NCBI GenBank assembly: GCA_004022145.1
Contig: RCNU01000006.1
Length of the DNA stretch: 64,000 bases
DNA from: Paecilomyces variotii
Taxonomy: Eukaryota
Reading direction: 5' to 3' (one strand)
In this document: piece after piece, positions 33,463 to 45,623 of the stretch
How the letters are laid out: each line of letters opens with the position of its first letter
How positions within the stretch are numbered: the stretch's first letter is position 1
Program-made: the position numbers and the translations under genes
The notes under the pieces: model-generated
Databases searched by the model: none
What the model was told of the DNA's origin: nothing
What the model saw: only the letters and a program-made list of their open reading frames with translations

Positions 33463-35243
33463 TTAAGCGGCCTGGGCCTGGCTGCGGCCCTTGGGAGCGA
33501 CGTTGCCTCCGCGGCCACGAGGAGCGAAGCCACCGCGGCCAGAGTCGCGCTGGAAGCCACCACCACGGCCCTGGCTGCCAGCACGGTCTCCACGGCCACG
33601 GGCACCGCCCCGACCAGCACCAAAGTTAGCGTTTCCACCGTAAGCGTTAGAACGAGGACGGCGCTCCTCGACAACGATCTGCTCCGATCCGATCTGGTGG
33701 GGATTGGCAGCAACGGCGGCGGCGTATCCAGCAGGGTCGGCGAACTCAACAAAGGCACAGTTCTGCGATAATTGTTAGACATATTCTAAAAGGAGATGAC
33801 AGAAATTGGGATATATATTACCTTCTGGCGGCTGACGTCGAAGTACTTGATCTTTCCGTAGCGCGAAAGAGTCTGTTTCAACAGACCGGCATCGACCTTC
33901 TCGGTAACGTTCTTGATGTAGGCCAGAACATTCTGCTCCTCGCCGGCGCGGGATTGTCTCTTACCGTGGTCCGCACCAGCGGTCTGCCAGCCGGAACCGT
34001 CGTTCGAAGAAGGCTGGCTGACTCCTTTCTCCGAGACAGGGGCGGAGGGGGTAGCGGGCTGCTGCTGCTGCTGTTGGGGCTGTTGGGGTTGCTGTTGGGG
34101 CTGCTGCTGGGTTTGCTGCTGGGGTTGCTGAGGGGCGCTCGCAGCAGCAGGCTTGGGCGGAGCAACGGGAATGACAGGAGTAGCGACTGCGGCGCCAGAC
34201 TTAGATGCGATATTGGCCCAGGTCTTGGGGAGAGCAGGGGCAGCCTTCGCCGGGGCAACGTTCTCCTTCTCTGGAGAAGGTGTGGTGCCCTTGGCAGGAG
34301 CTGCAGCAGGCGTAGGAGCAGGGCTCTTCGGTTTCTCTTCCTCAACAGCCTCTGGCTCAGCAGGAATAGCTTCAGCAGGAGCAGCTTCGGCTGGCTTCTC
34401 TGGTTCAGCGGCGGTCTCGGGAGCCTGAGCAGCGACCTTTGGTACTTTCTCGTTTTCGCCGTTGGTGGCAGCCTCCTCAAGCTTCTCGTCCACGACATGC
34501 GCCGCAGTTTCATTGTCCACCTGCGCCTCCACAGCTGGCTTAGAGGTCTCAGCCTCGACTTCCACGGGAGCTTCAGCAGTGGCTTCCTCGTGGGTATTGG
34601 TTGGCTCAATCGCGCCGGCTTCATCGGCCACGATCTCCTCCTCCTCATCGATGAGGTAACGGAAGACATCGTTGAGCACGTAGTAACCGTTTGGCTGCTC
34701 AGCCAGCACGAAGGTCTGAACGAACTTGCGCGAAGGTTCCGATCGGTTGGAGATTTCACCAATGACGCAAACCAAGATGTTGTCGAAGGAGGCCTGAGAG
34801 TCGACGTTCAGAACGCGGACCTTGCAGTCCTGGAAATCGAGCTGCTTAATCTTCTCGTGGATGGCCTGCAAAGGGAGCAGGAGTCAGCATTACTCCGGAG
34901 ATATCCGCTTTTTAGGGGCTAAAGGGATACACACCTTCTGGCCAACCGCGACAGGGACAGATTCGGCCTCAGAACCGGAGACGAACTGCGACCGCCGAGA
35001 GTAGAACAGGTGAAGCTTCTCTGGGCTGCGGCTCAGAGTGGTGTAGTACTGCTCCACGAAAAACCATCCGACTTCGTCCTTGGGGATCTCATTCTTCTGG
35101 GTTTCGTTTGTTTGCGCACTCATCGGGGTGGATGACTGTGCAGGCTGGAAGTTGGAGACATGGTTGTGACCGTAGGGCTCGGTGGCATACGCGTGATGCG
35201 CAGCATAGTTGCCGTTGACAGGAGCTTGAGTTGTGTCGGCCAT
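33463..35243 (-). CDS. nxt3: NTF2-RRM-RGG protein (G3BP/Nxt3/Bre5 family)
   Basis: EVGWFFVEQYYTTL and KFVQTFVLAEQPNGYYVLNDVFRY (NTF2-like), acidic/Pro-Gln linker, RRM (NCAFVEF) and RGG tail. Two introns; stop TAA at 33465-33463. Confidence 0.9.
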
Positions 35244-37355
35244 TATGGAAGGTACGTAGGAAAATCGTCTAATGTATGGAGAAGAATAGGTCGAAGAGCA
35301 GTATGGGCAGGAAAAGGTGTCTATGCGGTGCTGTCGGAGACGAGTCTAAAACTTTTTCTTTCGCTTGAAGACGAAACTTCGCAGCTGGTCAGTCGCTGGC
35401 GAAAATGCGCACGCGCACGCACACACCCAGAGAGAAAGAGAGACAGGCCCAAGGCGTCAATACGTACAATGCAAAATAGGTGATGTACAGATGCGGAGAG
35501 TGGAGAAAAGGATATCTCTCTTCTCAGGTCAAAGGAGAATCTGGTAGTTTGAGGGGGAAAGAATCGGGTGATGTGCGGCTTTTCGGGATCTTAAAGGCTT
35601 GCAAGAGATTGGTAAGGCTTGTTAGGCGCTGGAGAGAGCAATGAGGACGGGAGAGCAACGCAGAGAGACAGAAGTCAGAGTAGGAGAGGGGAATCCCTTG
35701 CGGCGGTGGTAGGAGAAAGATGAGAGCTGGAGACAAGGTGTAGCGTGAGTAGTGGTGCTGGGCAGAACGAAGCTTCCTGGGAATTCGCCTTCAAGTCGGG
35801 TCAAGTTCTGCTCGGTTCACTTCTGGTGCGCGCGGCTCTTTTAGTGCCTAGCTTGACCTTGCAGCTTCCCAGGGACGTTCCCTTTACTTCTCCAATCCAG
35901 GAGCAAAAAAAGAGCAGAAACAGCTTAACGATACCTCTTTTCTTTTCTCTTTATTGTTCTTTCTTCTCTCCAGGGATCTCCATGTGGTAATTGCAGTACC
36001 ATTATTGATGGCTTGACGCCCTCTGTGTGATCTCGGATATACTGTTTCTCCGACATGAAGCCCTTAAGTATGTCCTTGATGGCCAGCTCATTGTCTCTTG
36101 AACAAGGAAGTCTTCCTTTTCAGAAACCGACGTCCTTGTAATGGGCCAATTACCGAATATAGGAGATTATCTGTGGTACTTCTCCAGCACGTTGCCAGAG
36201 CGACGGAGACTACCTACCTGATCTAGTCACTAGGTCTTACTCTAATAATTCTAATACTAGGTGCATGTATGATATCATCCCATGAATTTATGCAGCTGAT
36301 ACAGAAATGCCCTACTAGATAAGTTTTCAAGCAAATGCCATCAAATTAGCGGGACAGGACGCAGTTTCCCCCGCTAGTAGTGGTTCCTCCCATCAGAAAC
36401 GGCGGCCTAAGAGTGAGTGGAAAGGCGGAATCTCTCTCGCTATATTGAACTGGCTGCGTTCAAAATCGTACTACATATATATATACGTGGGATTTCTGTC
36501 CTAGAAACTGGGTATGTATGATTGCAGGTGTCGCTGCCTCAGCACTCCAAAAGACGTTGAGGTTATTTCCTTGCGGCCAAATGAACAAATGCTGCATTTT
36601 TCCACTTCACACAGAATGCAAAACGTCCGAGAGAGGTAGTTCAATTCCCTTCATAATCCCAAGAACTCATCGAAGCCTTCCTCATTCTCTTTATCCTCTT
36701 CAGTTGCCATCGAAAACTCCTCTCTGCGAATGCAACATATTCGATCGTATTGTCCGATGTCCAATCGAGTCACCCAGATTGTATAAGCCAAAGCGGTGTG
36801 AACGAGTCTGAGGAGCCAATGGAACCTAGACTTGTCATCGGGGAGTCTTGTCTGCTGCATGTGAATGATGGCCGCCACACAAAGATACTAAGACTCTGCT
36901 CGGGGATCCGCAGTGTACAGAGATTATCAGTTTCTATTAACAGCTAACATTTAGAGTAGCAGACATGGTAATCAAATCCAGACAATGTGTCCCAGTACAT
37001 GTAAAAAAGCGGTCGAATCGGGGTAATCGCAAAAAAAAAGACGTCAAAAAGAGCTCATAAAATGCAGCAGTATGGCGGAACGGATTTCGCAAAGAACGTA
37101 AAAGACATGACTAGAGTATCTTCTCGCAATAACAAGGCATGAATCTGCGGCCTGACAATGCCGCAGTACTAATCTGTCAATGTGGTGGCGGAATATTGCG
37201 TGAACATGTCGACATGTCGAAGGAGATCACCGCGTACATCACAGGTCGGATGTACTCTGGAGAGTCGACGTGATGATGACTGTTGACGGCAACCTGCCTG
37301 TCGCATAGTGGGGGAATCAAAGGTCGGCGTTCGCTCAAGCATCTCCGATAGGAAA

Positions 37356-37801
37356 TCAGATTTGCTTCTCATTCAATAGCGGTTTGCGCATAACCGCGTC
37401 CTGGTTGGTCATCCGGCGTCCAAGAGAACGCTCAACCTTTGCGCCAAGGGCCAGTTTGTTCAAGTTGGCGGCCTTCTCTTCTGTGGGAACGAAGCGTTGC
37501 TGGGTCAAGGGCTTGTTCTCGAGGCGCTCGAGTCCGTCTGACAACTCCTTGATATCGGCCATCTTGGGGTCACCGCTGGGCAGGGTGCGATCCGAGTACG
37601 CAAGAGAAGGGCTTCCGCTGAGGGTGGAGAATCTCTGAGAATTCCGCTGCTGTGTGTCAGGTCCGGTGTGGCAAAGAAACAGAAGCGTAGCAATGTCTTT
37701 CAGACGTGCTCTAGCGGAAGAACTGCGATATCTGATCGAAAGACACGACTTACAGCTGCCATAATCGGCCTCTCCGACTCGAACGAGGGCTGACGAGCCA
37801 T
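37356..37801 (-). CDS. Small protein of unknown function (~115 aa)
   Basis: MARQPSFESERPIMAA, then a GTAAGT..CTGACACACAG intron, continuing in frame into QRNSQRFSTLSGSPS..MADIKELSDGLERLENKPL..KLALGAKVERSLGRRM. Confidence 0.65.
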
Positions 37802-40528
37802 CTTTTCTATCCGGCGGGGTAGGTTGGAAAAGGATGAGAAGCGGTAGGAGCGGTGTGATGCTCGGTGCGCAATGACGATCAGAGGCTAGAGGGTCCTCCC
37901 CTATTAGACACGGGATGCTTAACCTCGGAGGAGGGGTGGTAAATGTACGGGCGATGTGCTTACCGTGGGAAATTAGACGATAGCTGATCCCTGATCGATT
38001 CGAGAAAGCAGGGTTTATGTGAGACGCTGAAATGACTGCACGGTGATACAGTTGGAAATTGTAGGAAGGAAAACGACGGGGAAAAACGGCGTCGGGGCGA
38101 TAAAAACGCAGGGGACGTGGAGAGAGTTAAGTCACAAGTCGTATGAGATCGACAAGTGATAAAACCAACAACAGGCCGAACAGACGCCTCCCGCGCACGC
38201 AACAACGATATTCCTGCCTAATGTATGTATAATCGGCTATAGGACGAAAATAGCAGTGCGGACGACGAGTGCAGACAGGATCTAAAACAGCGTTTGCAGT
38301 CCCAACAACGGCGAATTTCTTCAACTGTCACGAGCCCGAGCAACGCGAGTCTGTAACAGTGTAACGGCTGAGAAGGGTGGGTCAATCAGAAAACAACCGG
38401 AGGATTGCGCTGGTGATGGTGGAGATGAAGGGTTCAGGGCCTCTTGAAGGCCATCGTGCCATCGAGATAATAGAGAACGGCCGTTGAACCTTGAGAGATG
38501 CGACCTAGTACAGGGAGGGTTTAGACAAAGCCTCCAGGGGCTTTCAGTTAAGGCAGAAGTTGTTAAAAACTTAAGGGGTTCCTACAGTGGAGGTCCAACC
38601 CTTGCCGGCGCTTTGCTTGCCACGTGCAGCTACCTCAGCTCCCGCCACGCGAAAGCCCCTGGAAAAACCGGTGGACCATTGTCTATCATTTCCTGTCCAG
38701 CCCGAGCTGATATCAATTATCCTCCATGTTAGACCAGATCACCGCCGATCGAGGTCAAAGACCCATGTTGTGCAGATGATATAATAATAATAATAGGTAC
38801 TGCGGTCCCCAATCCTCTGTCTTCTGCGCAGGAGGCACAGGTTGATCTATCAGATGGAGTACAGACCGCGATGTGCCCTTAATAATATTTATCTCACAAT
38901 TGTCTCGAAGAAACGCATCAGAAAGAAGAGGAGAGTGAATTCCTTGGTGCCACACCTGCATAGCGCGCTTGTTATCACAAATCCGGGGACTCCGGAGGAA
39001 GGCAGATGACTTATGCGCAGAGCTAACTATCCTTCAGGTCTCCTGGCTAGGGTAATCATGGCTCTCTTTCCCCTATCCATGCTGTGTAACCCCCAATGCG
39101 GGAAGGCCTTTAGCTCGCCCAGAAGAATTACTATACATATCTACTCCGTACGGAGTACATCTACGGAGTCCCAGAGGTCCCTGTGAGGCTGAGAGCAGTC
39201 CGTACTTCTGCTGCAGAGTAAGCACCCGGGCCGACGAGCTTGTTCTGTTGAACAACCTTCCGCATGGTATTCCCTGTCATCCACGCGGGCCATGGATTAT
39301 GACGATCACTTGCGGGCTCGAACTAATTCATCATCAAAAAATCCTTGTTTTGGGGCCGCGACTGACTGCCGTCCCCGATCTCCCTTTCCAGACCTGGACG
39401 TCAACCGAGCAAGAGATCATCGCAAAGGTTGACGACTATCTCATTCTCACGTCATGGGGACTCCAGAGGATTTGCTTCTCGAACAACTGAGATTCTCTTG
39501 ATACTGCGCCACTGTCTTTGGCGATCATCCTGGGATTTGCTTTTATGGCGCGTCTGAATCTTTATGAGATACCATATACCTCGGGGCACCGTACACCCTA
39601 ATCTTTCCCTGGACGTCTCGCACCCATAAATTTCGTGTGGGAGTGGGCTTCGCCCGTACGCTAGAAGGAAGTATAAGATCCCGAATCTCGCAGATGCTAT
39701 GCATATCGAGTGCTAAGCGTTATGTGCCTCTGTGGCCTGTCTCCCAGTCTGCTTAGCTCTTAAACCGGGTTATCCGGTGTATCTACTCCGTATACTCCGT
39801 GGAGTACTCCGTAGTAGCAGATCGTTCCCTCGATCAAGACTACCAAAAGCATCAGCCTGGAGACTTACCCACAAACTTGACACAAGGTGGATCAACAGGT
39901 AACGACTCCAGCAGTTGGATGTCCTGGCTGTAGAACAAAGAACCAAGCGTCATGAAGAGCGTCCGTGTTCGAAACGGCAAGGCTTAACTCTGAAACACGG
40001 GGTCGATTTTAGTGCCCGTTGGAATGTTCCTGGCGTCTTCTTAGCCAGCAGTTGGGCCATCTCTAACACACAGGTCCCCCTCACTGATCCAGACCAGCGA
40101 GCAAGAAAGCACAGCCTACGGAGTCCGTACTACATAGAGTACTTACCTCTTTCATATACTCCGTTGATCCTTTCAGGTGACGAATCATGCCGAATCACGT
40201 CTAGACCCAGACGAGGAAGCCCGCAAGATATCCATGGAAAATATTGATGGTCAAGTATATTCTCCAGAACAGTACTACCATAATCCAAAACGACAAAAAA
40301 TAATAACCATTGATCTGACTATCCGTGCTGCTCTGGAAGTTCAACACTCAGATAGCCGGGCCCATCAAAAGTCCGGATTCCGGGAATCGACGAAGCCAGC
40401 TTTCCCCACCTAGGAAAGCAAAGCGAGATCCAGTAAAAAGCTGCAACCGTGCATCATCGTACTGAGCACATCCATCCATCTATCTATCTATCTATCGCAT
40501 CTTGTCAGAAAGGCAACGAGCTCCGAAA

Positions 40529-42612
40529 ATGCCGAAACAAAAATCTTTTCTGAAGGAGACATCAAAGACGAAGAAAAAGACCAAGCAGCCGCAGGTGGGT
40601 TTTGTCTTCAGTCATGTTGCCGTGGGAGGAAATCGCTATTGATTGTTTTATTTTCCTCTCCTGCACCCCCGTATTATGCTGAAACACATGACCTCATGAT
40701 TCTCATGCGCACTTCAAAAGCAACAGAACAGATTGGACTGACAGCTGCAAATAGGAGCCTCAGACAGCAGATGAATTCTTAGCAGGTAATTATTAGGCTT
40801 CATTCATTTCTTTTCCCTTTATTCATGGTTATGTCAATTTGATTTGGCATTAAATATTGATACATCACTTTTTTTCTTTCTTTCTTCCCCTCCTCCCTCC
40901 TCAACGCGGTGTTGCTGTTCTATCCCGGAGCGCTTCGCATGTTATAATCCCCACTGTTATTAATATGCAGTGGCTAGTTAGTTGGGGGGGTCGGGGGGGT
41001 TGCATGAATGATTACTATAACTCTAGATCATATCATCTTGCTAACGCAAAACCGGTTTGGTGCACACACAGCGGGCGTCGATCTCGAGGAAGCCGGAGAG
41101 AAATGGCGTGCCGGTGATGCAGTGAAATCCATGCGCTTTTTTATGCGCGCTATTGAGACCTACGATAATGGATTGGGCAAGTATCCGACTTCATTTGACC
41201 TGGCTTATAACAAGTAGGTAGCTAATTGTTCATATTCCCTGTCTCTGTCCCTGCCCCTGGTTGCTGATCGACATGTGTCTCGGGATGCACCATGTTTGCA
41301 AAAACCACTTAAACAAAGTCAGAAAATACGGTACAAGGCTGACGATCATTTTAGGGCGAGAGTCCAGTATGAGATCACACAACATCCTAAGCTGGCTAAG
41401 TTGCTTTCTGCACCTCTGGTGAAGGTCCTGCAGGTCGCGCTTCAGTCGCACAGGGAGGCACTCGCCCTCGATCAGGACAATGCAGATGTGCTGTTCAATA
41501 CGGCGCAAGTTTTGACCAGCATAGCTGAAGCACTTACAGAGGCGAAGCATCCGTCTGATCGGCAAATCCAGGAAGCATTGCAGAATCTCAGAGAAGCGCT
41601 TGAGCTTTTCCAACGATGTCTGGTGGTGCAAGAGCTCCGGTATACTGAGGCTCAGGAACAGATTCGAATGATGGAATCGGGAGAGCTTGGAGGAGCCGAG
41701 CAGCAGATGCAAGAACCTGAGCAGGCAGAGTCATCTACTGCAGCTGAGCCGGAGCAAGAGCAGTGGGCCGCTGTAGTCGAACCCGTCACGAAGAACACAC
41801 TTGTCGACACGGCTGTAGCACAGTTGCAGACACTGGCGACGCTATGCAATCTTCTTACATTCAACCCGGACGGCAAGGACGTGGCTTGGGTAGAAGAATA
41901 TTCTTTCGACCTGCTCAACACCAAGATAGCTGCGTACGTGGACGGATCAGACAAGCACTATGAGGTCGCTCTTGCGCGGGCGGAATTCATGGCTGCTTTA
42001 AGCGAACTCTCGTATCGAAGCGGCCGCATCGAAGTCGACACTTATCAGAGAGAACTCGAGGCTGTCTTTGGTCCTAATCTGGACGTGTCTGATGATCCAG
42101 AGGGTCTTTGTAACAAAGCTGAGGCGCTTGTGTCGTTTAACTCAGCCCTAGCCGATTTCCCACCTCCGCGTCCAGAACAAATCAGCGAGACTCTGGTCCT
42201 GCGGTGGCAGGCACTATCTTCAGCTTTAGATGCCCTGACCGCAGCGTCAAAGCATCCCGACGCTGACAACCTCCCTAAGATCCACGTGGCACGCGGTGAC
42301 GCGGAGATGTACAGGTGGCGGCTGGGGTGCCCTCCTTGGGAGTATAAGACAGCTCATGATAACGCTGCGACCCTCCTTCGGAACGCCCAGACGTACTACC
42401 GGGGTGCCGCTGCTCTTGCTCGGAGGGATGGAGCCAGAGATGAAGAAAGAGATGGCACATGTAAGGAAGCGATCGCGGCAGCCTTGGCTGGCGACAGGAC
42501 GAAGTTGGACCAACTTCGAAGCACTGCGGCAAAGGACGTCATCGCTGTAGCTGAGGACATGGTGGGAGACAATATGGCGATGGCATCCGACCTCGAGCCT
42601 CTGCTTTCATGA
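40529..42612 (+). CDS. TPR-like helical-repeat protein of unknown function
   Basis: Four exons (MPKQKSFLK.., EPQTADEFLA, GVDLEEAGEKWRAGD..FDLAYNK, ARVQYE.. to stop). TPR-like ALALDQDNADVLFNTAQVL. Confidence 0.75.
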
Positions 42613-42718
42613 AATCCATGGCCGGAATGAATGAAAATTTCCGATGATCTTTCACCATGACACCTGTTCCTCTCGAGACTCACATCGATGCGTAGAGTAG
42701 GATTGCCGTAGTAGCCGT

Positions 42719-43486
42719 TCATACATCCTGTCGAGCTCTAACTTCCTCATCCATCCTGACAACTTCCTCGCGGAGACTATTCTCCTTGCTATACTGCGCC
42801 GTAGCTGTAGCAGCTCCCTCCACATCGGCCACAATGGCCTCCAATCCAGATAGCAGGCTCTCAATCTCCAGCCTCTGCTGCCGAATCTTCTCCGCTAGCT
42901 CCGCGTTCTGCGCCTGTGTCGCTTCCAATTTCTCATTAAGCGCATCTTGCGCATCTCGTAAATATGGCGCCAAATGAGCCTTGTACAACTCCTCTGCACC
43001 AAGAGTATGCGGACTGTCCAAAAAAACAACAAACAAAAAAAAATCAGCATGGACCATCCAAGGATAAATAAATAAAAAATAAAAAGTAAAACTCAACATA
43101 ACATACCCAACAACATTCCCTTCCTCCCCATTCTCCATCCTCAACTTCGCCTCCCCCACTAATCTATCCAACTCATTCAACCCCCTAACCGCATCCTTCT
43201 CGCGCATAATCTCATCAAACTCCGCCTTGGCGCTCTCTTCCAGCTTCGCGTTCAATTGGCGCCACACGGACTCCAAACTCGCAGGCACATATTTCGCAGG
43301 CGTCGGGAAACATGCTGAGAAATTGGCGTAGGAGTTCGCGCGTAGTGTCCGGGAGAGGGCTTCGGTGTATACTTTTTCGAGACGCGACGCGCGTGGTCCG
43401 GGTGTGAGAGGGACGGGTGCGGGAGGCGGTGGTGAGGGAGATGCTTCGTGATGAGAGCCGTTTTGGGATGTGGTCGTTGATGGCAT
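42719..43486 (-). CDS. nnf1: MIND/Mis12 kinetochore complex subunit Nnf1
   Basis: PGPRASRL..ANSYANFSACFPTPA..LNELDRLV plus C-terminal coiled coil. One T-rich intron (~43106-43016) is read through in the ORF track. Confidence 0.8.
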   Translation of the reverse strand: MPSTTTSQNGSHHEASPSPPPPAPVPLTPGPRASRLEKVYTEALSRTLRANSYANFSACFPTPAKYVPASLESVWRQLNAKLEESAKAEFDEIMREKDAVRGLNELDRLVGEAKLRMENGEEGNVVGYVMLSFTFYFLFIYPWMVHADFFLFVVFLDSPHTLGAEELYKAHLAPYLRDAQDALNEKLEATQAQNAELAEKIRQQRLEIESLLSGLEAIVADVEGAATATAQYSKENSLREEVVRMDEEVRARQDV

Positions 43487-44162
43487 GGTGTGTGTATAAC
43501 TGTGTTTTGTGTGTCCGTGGTGTTCAATTTTCTATGTTGTTGGGTGTGTAGATTCGATGTGTTTGGAATTGGGGGGCCATTTGAGATTAACTCAAGTCGA
43601 TCTTGAATTGCGGTAAATACAGAATTGCCGTTTGATGGGGGCCCGAGGTGAAGGCGGTCTAACTAGTAGAAGGCTGAACGCGGGGTACGCATCACGTGTC
43701 TTACTTACAACGACGTACTATGTAGGTATTTACTCGAACGCCCTATCTCCTACCATTTTGCTGCTGCTTAATCTTGAACGAATTAACGTTGATATCATAC
43801 CTTCAATTGAGGCAGTACCTGGTCACTGGACACAGTATTTTGTGCAACACTTAGAGCGTGCTTGATTGGAAACAGAAAAAAAAGGGAAAGTCGTGCTCTT
43901 GATTCCAGGCATCAGTTACAATTAAATCCCTCAATGAGGTTTCCGAGACATATGAATTTTTTTTTTGCCGGCGATTTTTCTCGACCGCTTTTACAAATAG
44001 AAAGAATCATCAAAAGAAAGCAACTGCAAAATTCGTGACAAATGTGTCCTGGAGATATGTTGCGGTACACAAAGATATTGAGTATAATCCGCTGCATATA
44101 AATCCAGCTTCATCTGTTGACGATACCCAAATCATTCCTGCTTTTTTTTTTTCATCGCCAAA

Positions 44163-45623
44163 TCAGACTGAACCCTTGGGCTGTGGGTGCATCGCGAGCT
44201 CAGTCGTACTCTCGTTGCTATCGGAGTCTTGGCGTCTGAAGTTAGGCGCGTCAAGATTGCCATTGGCGGCAGTTATTCTGATTGGATACGGCCGTGACGC
44301 TTGACGAACGTTGGCAATTACAGTCTTCACGGAAGGCCAAGAGACTGCGACATAGATAAGGCCATTCCACAATCCTTGAAGGGGAAGGACGATGGCTGAT
44401 GCGTAGTCGAGGCCCATAGATTCTCCGTCGGGGTAGACCAAAGTGTATAGTCGGTTCAGACTTGACGGGACCTACGTGAGAGGATAGTTAGTGTGCCATA
44501 GATTAAAGAGCCAGATCAAAGGAATTGACGAACCCATGTGATGACCAAGGCAATAAAGAAAAGCATGGCACATTTAGTATACGCCCAAGCAGCTTTATTA
44601 GATTCCACAGCTGCAACCTGACGTCTGAAGTTGACATTTCCAGTTTGAGGCACCGGTGGCAGAGGCTGCATCGATATCTCCTCCTTTTCCATGTGTGGCC
44701 CAGTTTCTATCTTGATAGAGTACGGGCTGTAGTCTGACGTGCCAGGGACTCGACCTCTGTCGGCGGAGATTTCCATGGGCTGCGTAGATCCCACAGAGGA
44801 AGTGACTACCTGTTCAGTTGTTACACGGATTTCCGTCAATTTCGCCCCTTCTTGGAATGGATCATCGATAAAGTAGCTTGAGCCGATAGTATTCGTGTTC
44901 GCGCTCTGCAGCTGCCGCCGCTTCTCGAAAATGACTTTGCCGGCACGGATATAGATTGCGAATGTCAACACCAAAATGAACCAGACAGGGCCATAGAAAG
45001 TGGCAATTCGCAAGGCATCCCATTTGAGCGAAACCCAACACCATAGCTACACAACGGTTAATAAGGCACACATGAACTGCGAGGATCCTGTGGATTGGAT
45101 CACACTCACCACTGCCTCACCGTATATCTTGCCCTTGGCGGGGGTATCGACGAAGCAATATATGAAAGCCGGGACGAACGGGATGCCATAGCAGGCAACG
45201 AAATATTTCCATTCCAGCTTTCGCAACTGAGACGAGTCGAATTTATGGAAGAAGGTAAGGTAGACATTGAGCGCCATTGCGAATGCCCAGAGAGCGTCAG
45301 CTGGCATGAACCTAGAATAACCAGTCAGACGACAAATCAGATATACCTGGATTTGAACGAACGCACCACTGGATCAAGAATCCCTGCACCTGACACAAGG
45401 AAGTTCCAGTCCCATGGGCGTATCCTGCTACTGAAATCATTGTGGCGACATTGGACATGATATTTCCCCATGAGGCGTAGAAGACAAGACGGTTGATGGG
45501 CTTGCGAAACAGATTCGAAGAGACAAAAGTGCCGATGATGACGCTCGTTGAAATGAGGGATAGAACCGAGCAGACGCGCTCAGAGACTTCAATGAAGCGT
45601 GACTCGTAAGCGGATGGCCCCAT
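44163..45623 (-). CDS. cAMP-receptor-like 7TM GPCR (GprH-like)
   Basis: Exons give FRKPINRLVFYASWGN, CQVQGFLIQW, ADALWAFAMALNVYLTFF, FYGPVW, AWAYTKCAMLFF and LPLQGLWNGLIY. Three introns. Confidence 0.88.

Noticed and set aside
33878-34922. Long alternative-frame and antisense ORFs over the G3BP-like gene
   Set aside because: By-products of the low-complexity Ala/Pro/Gln linker.
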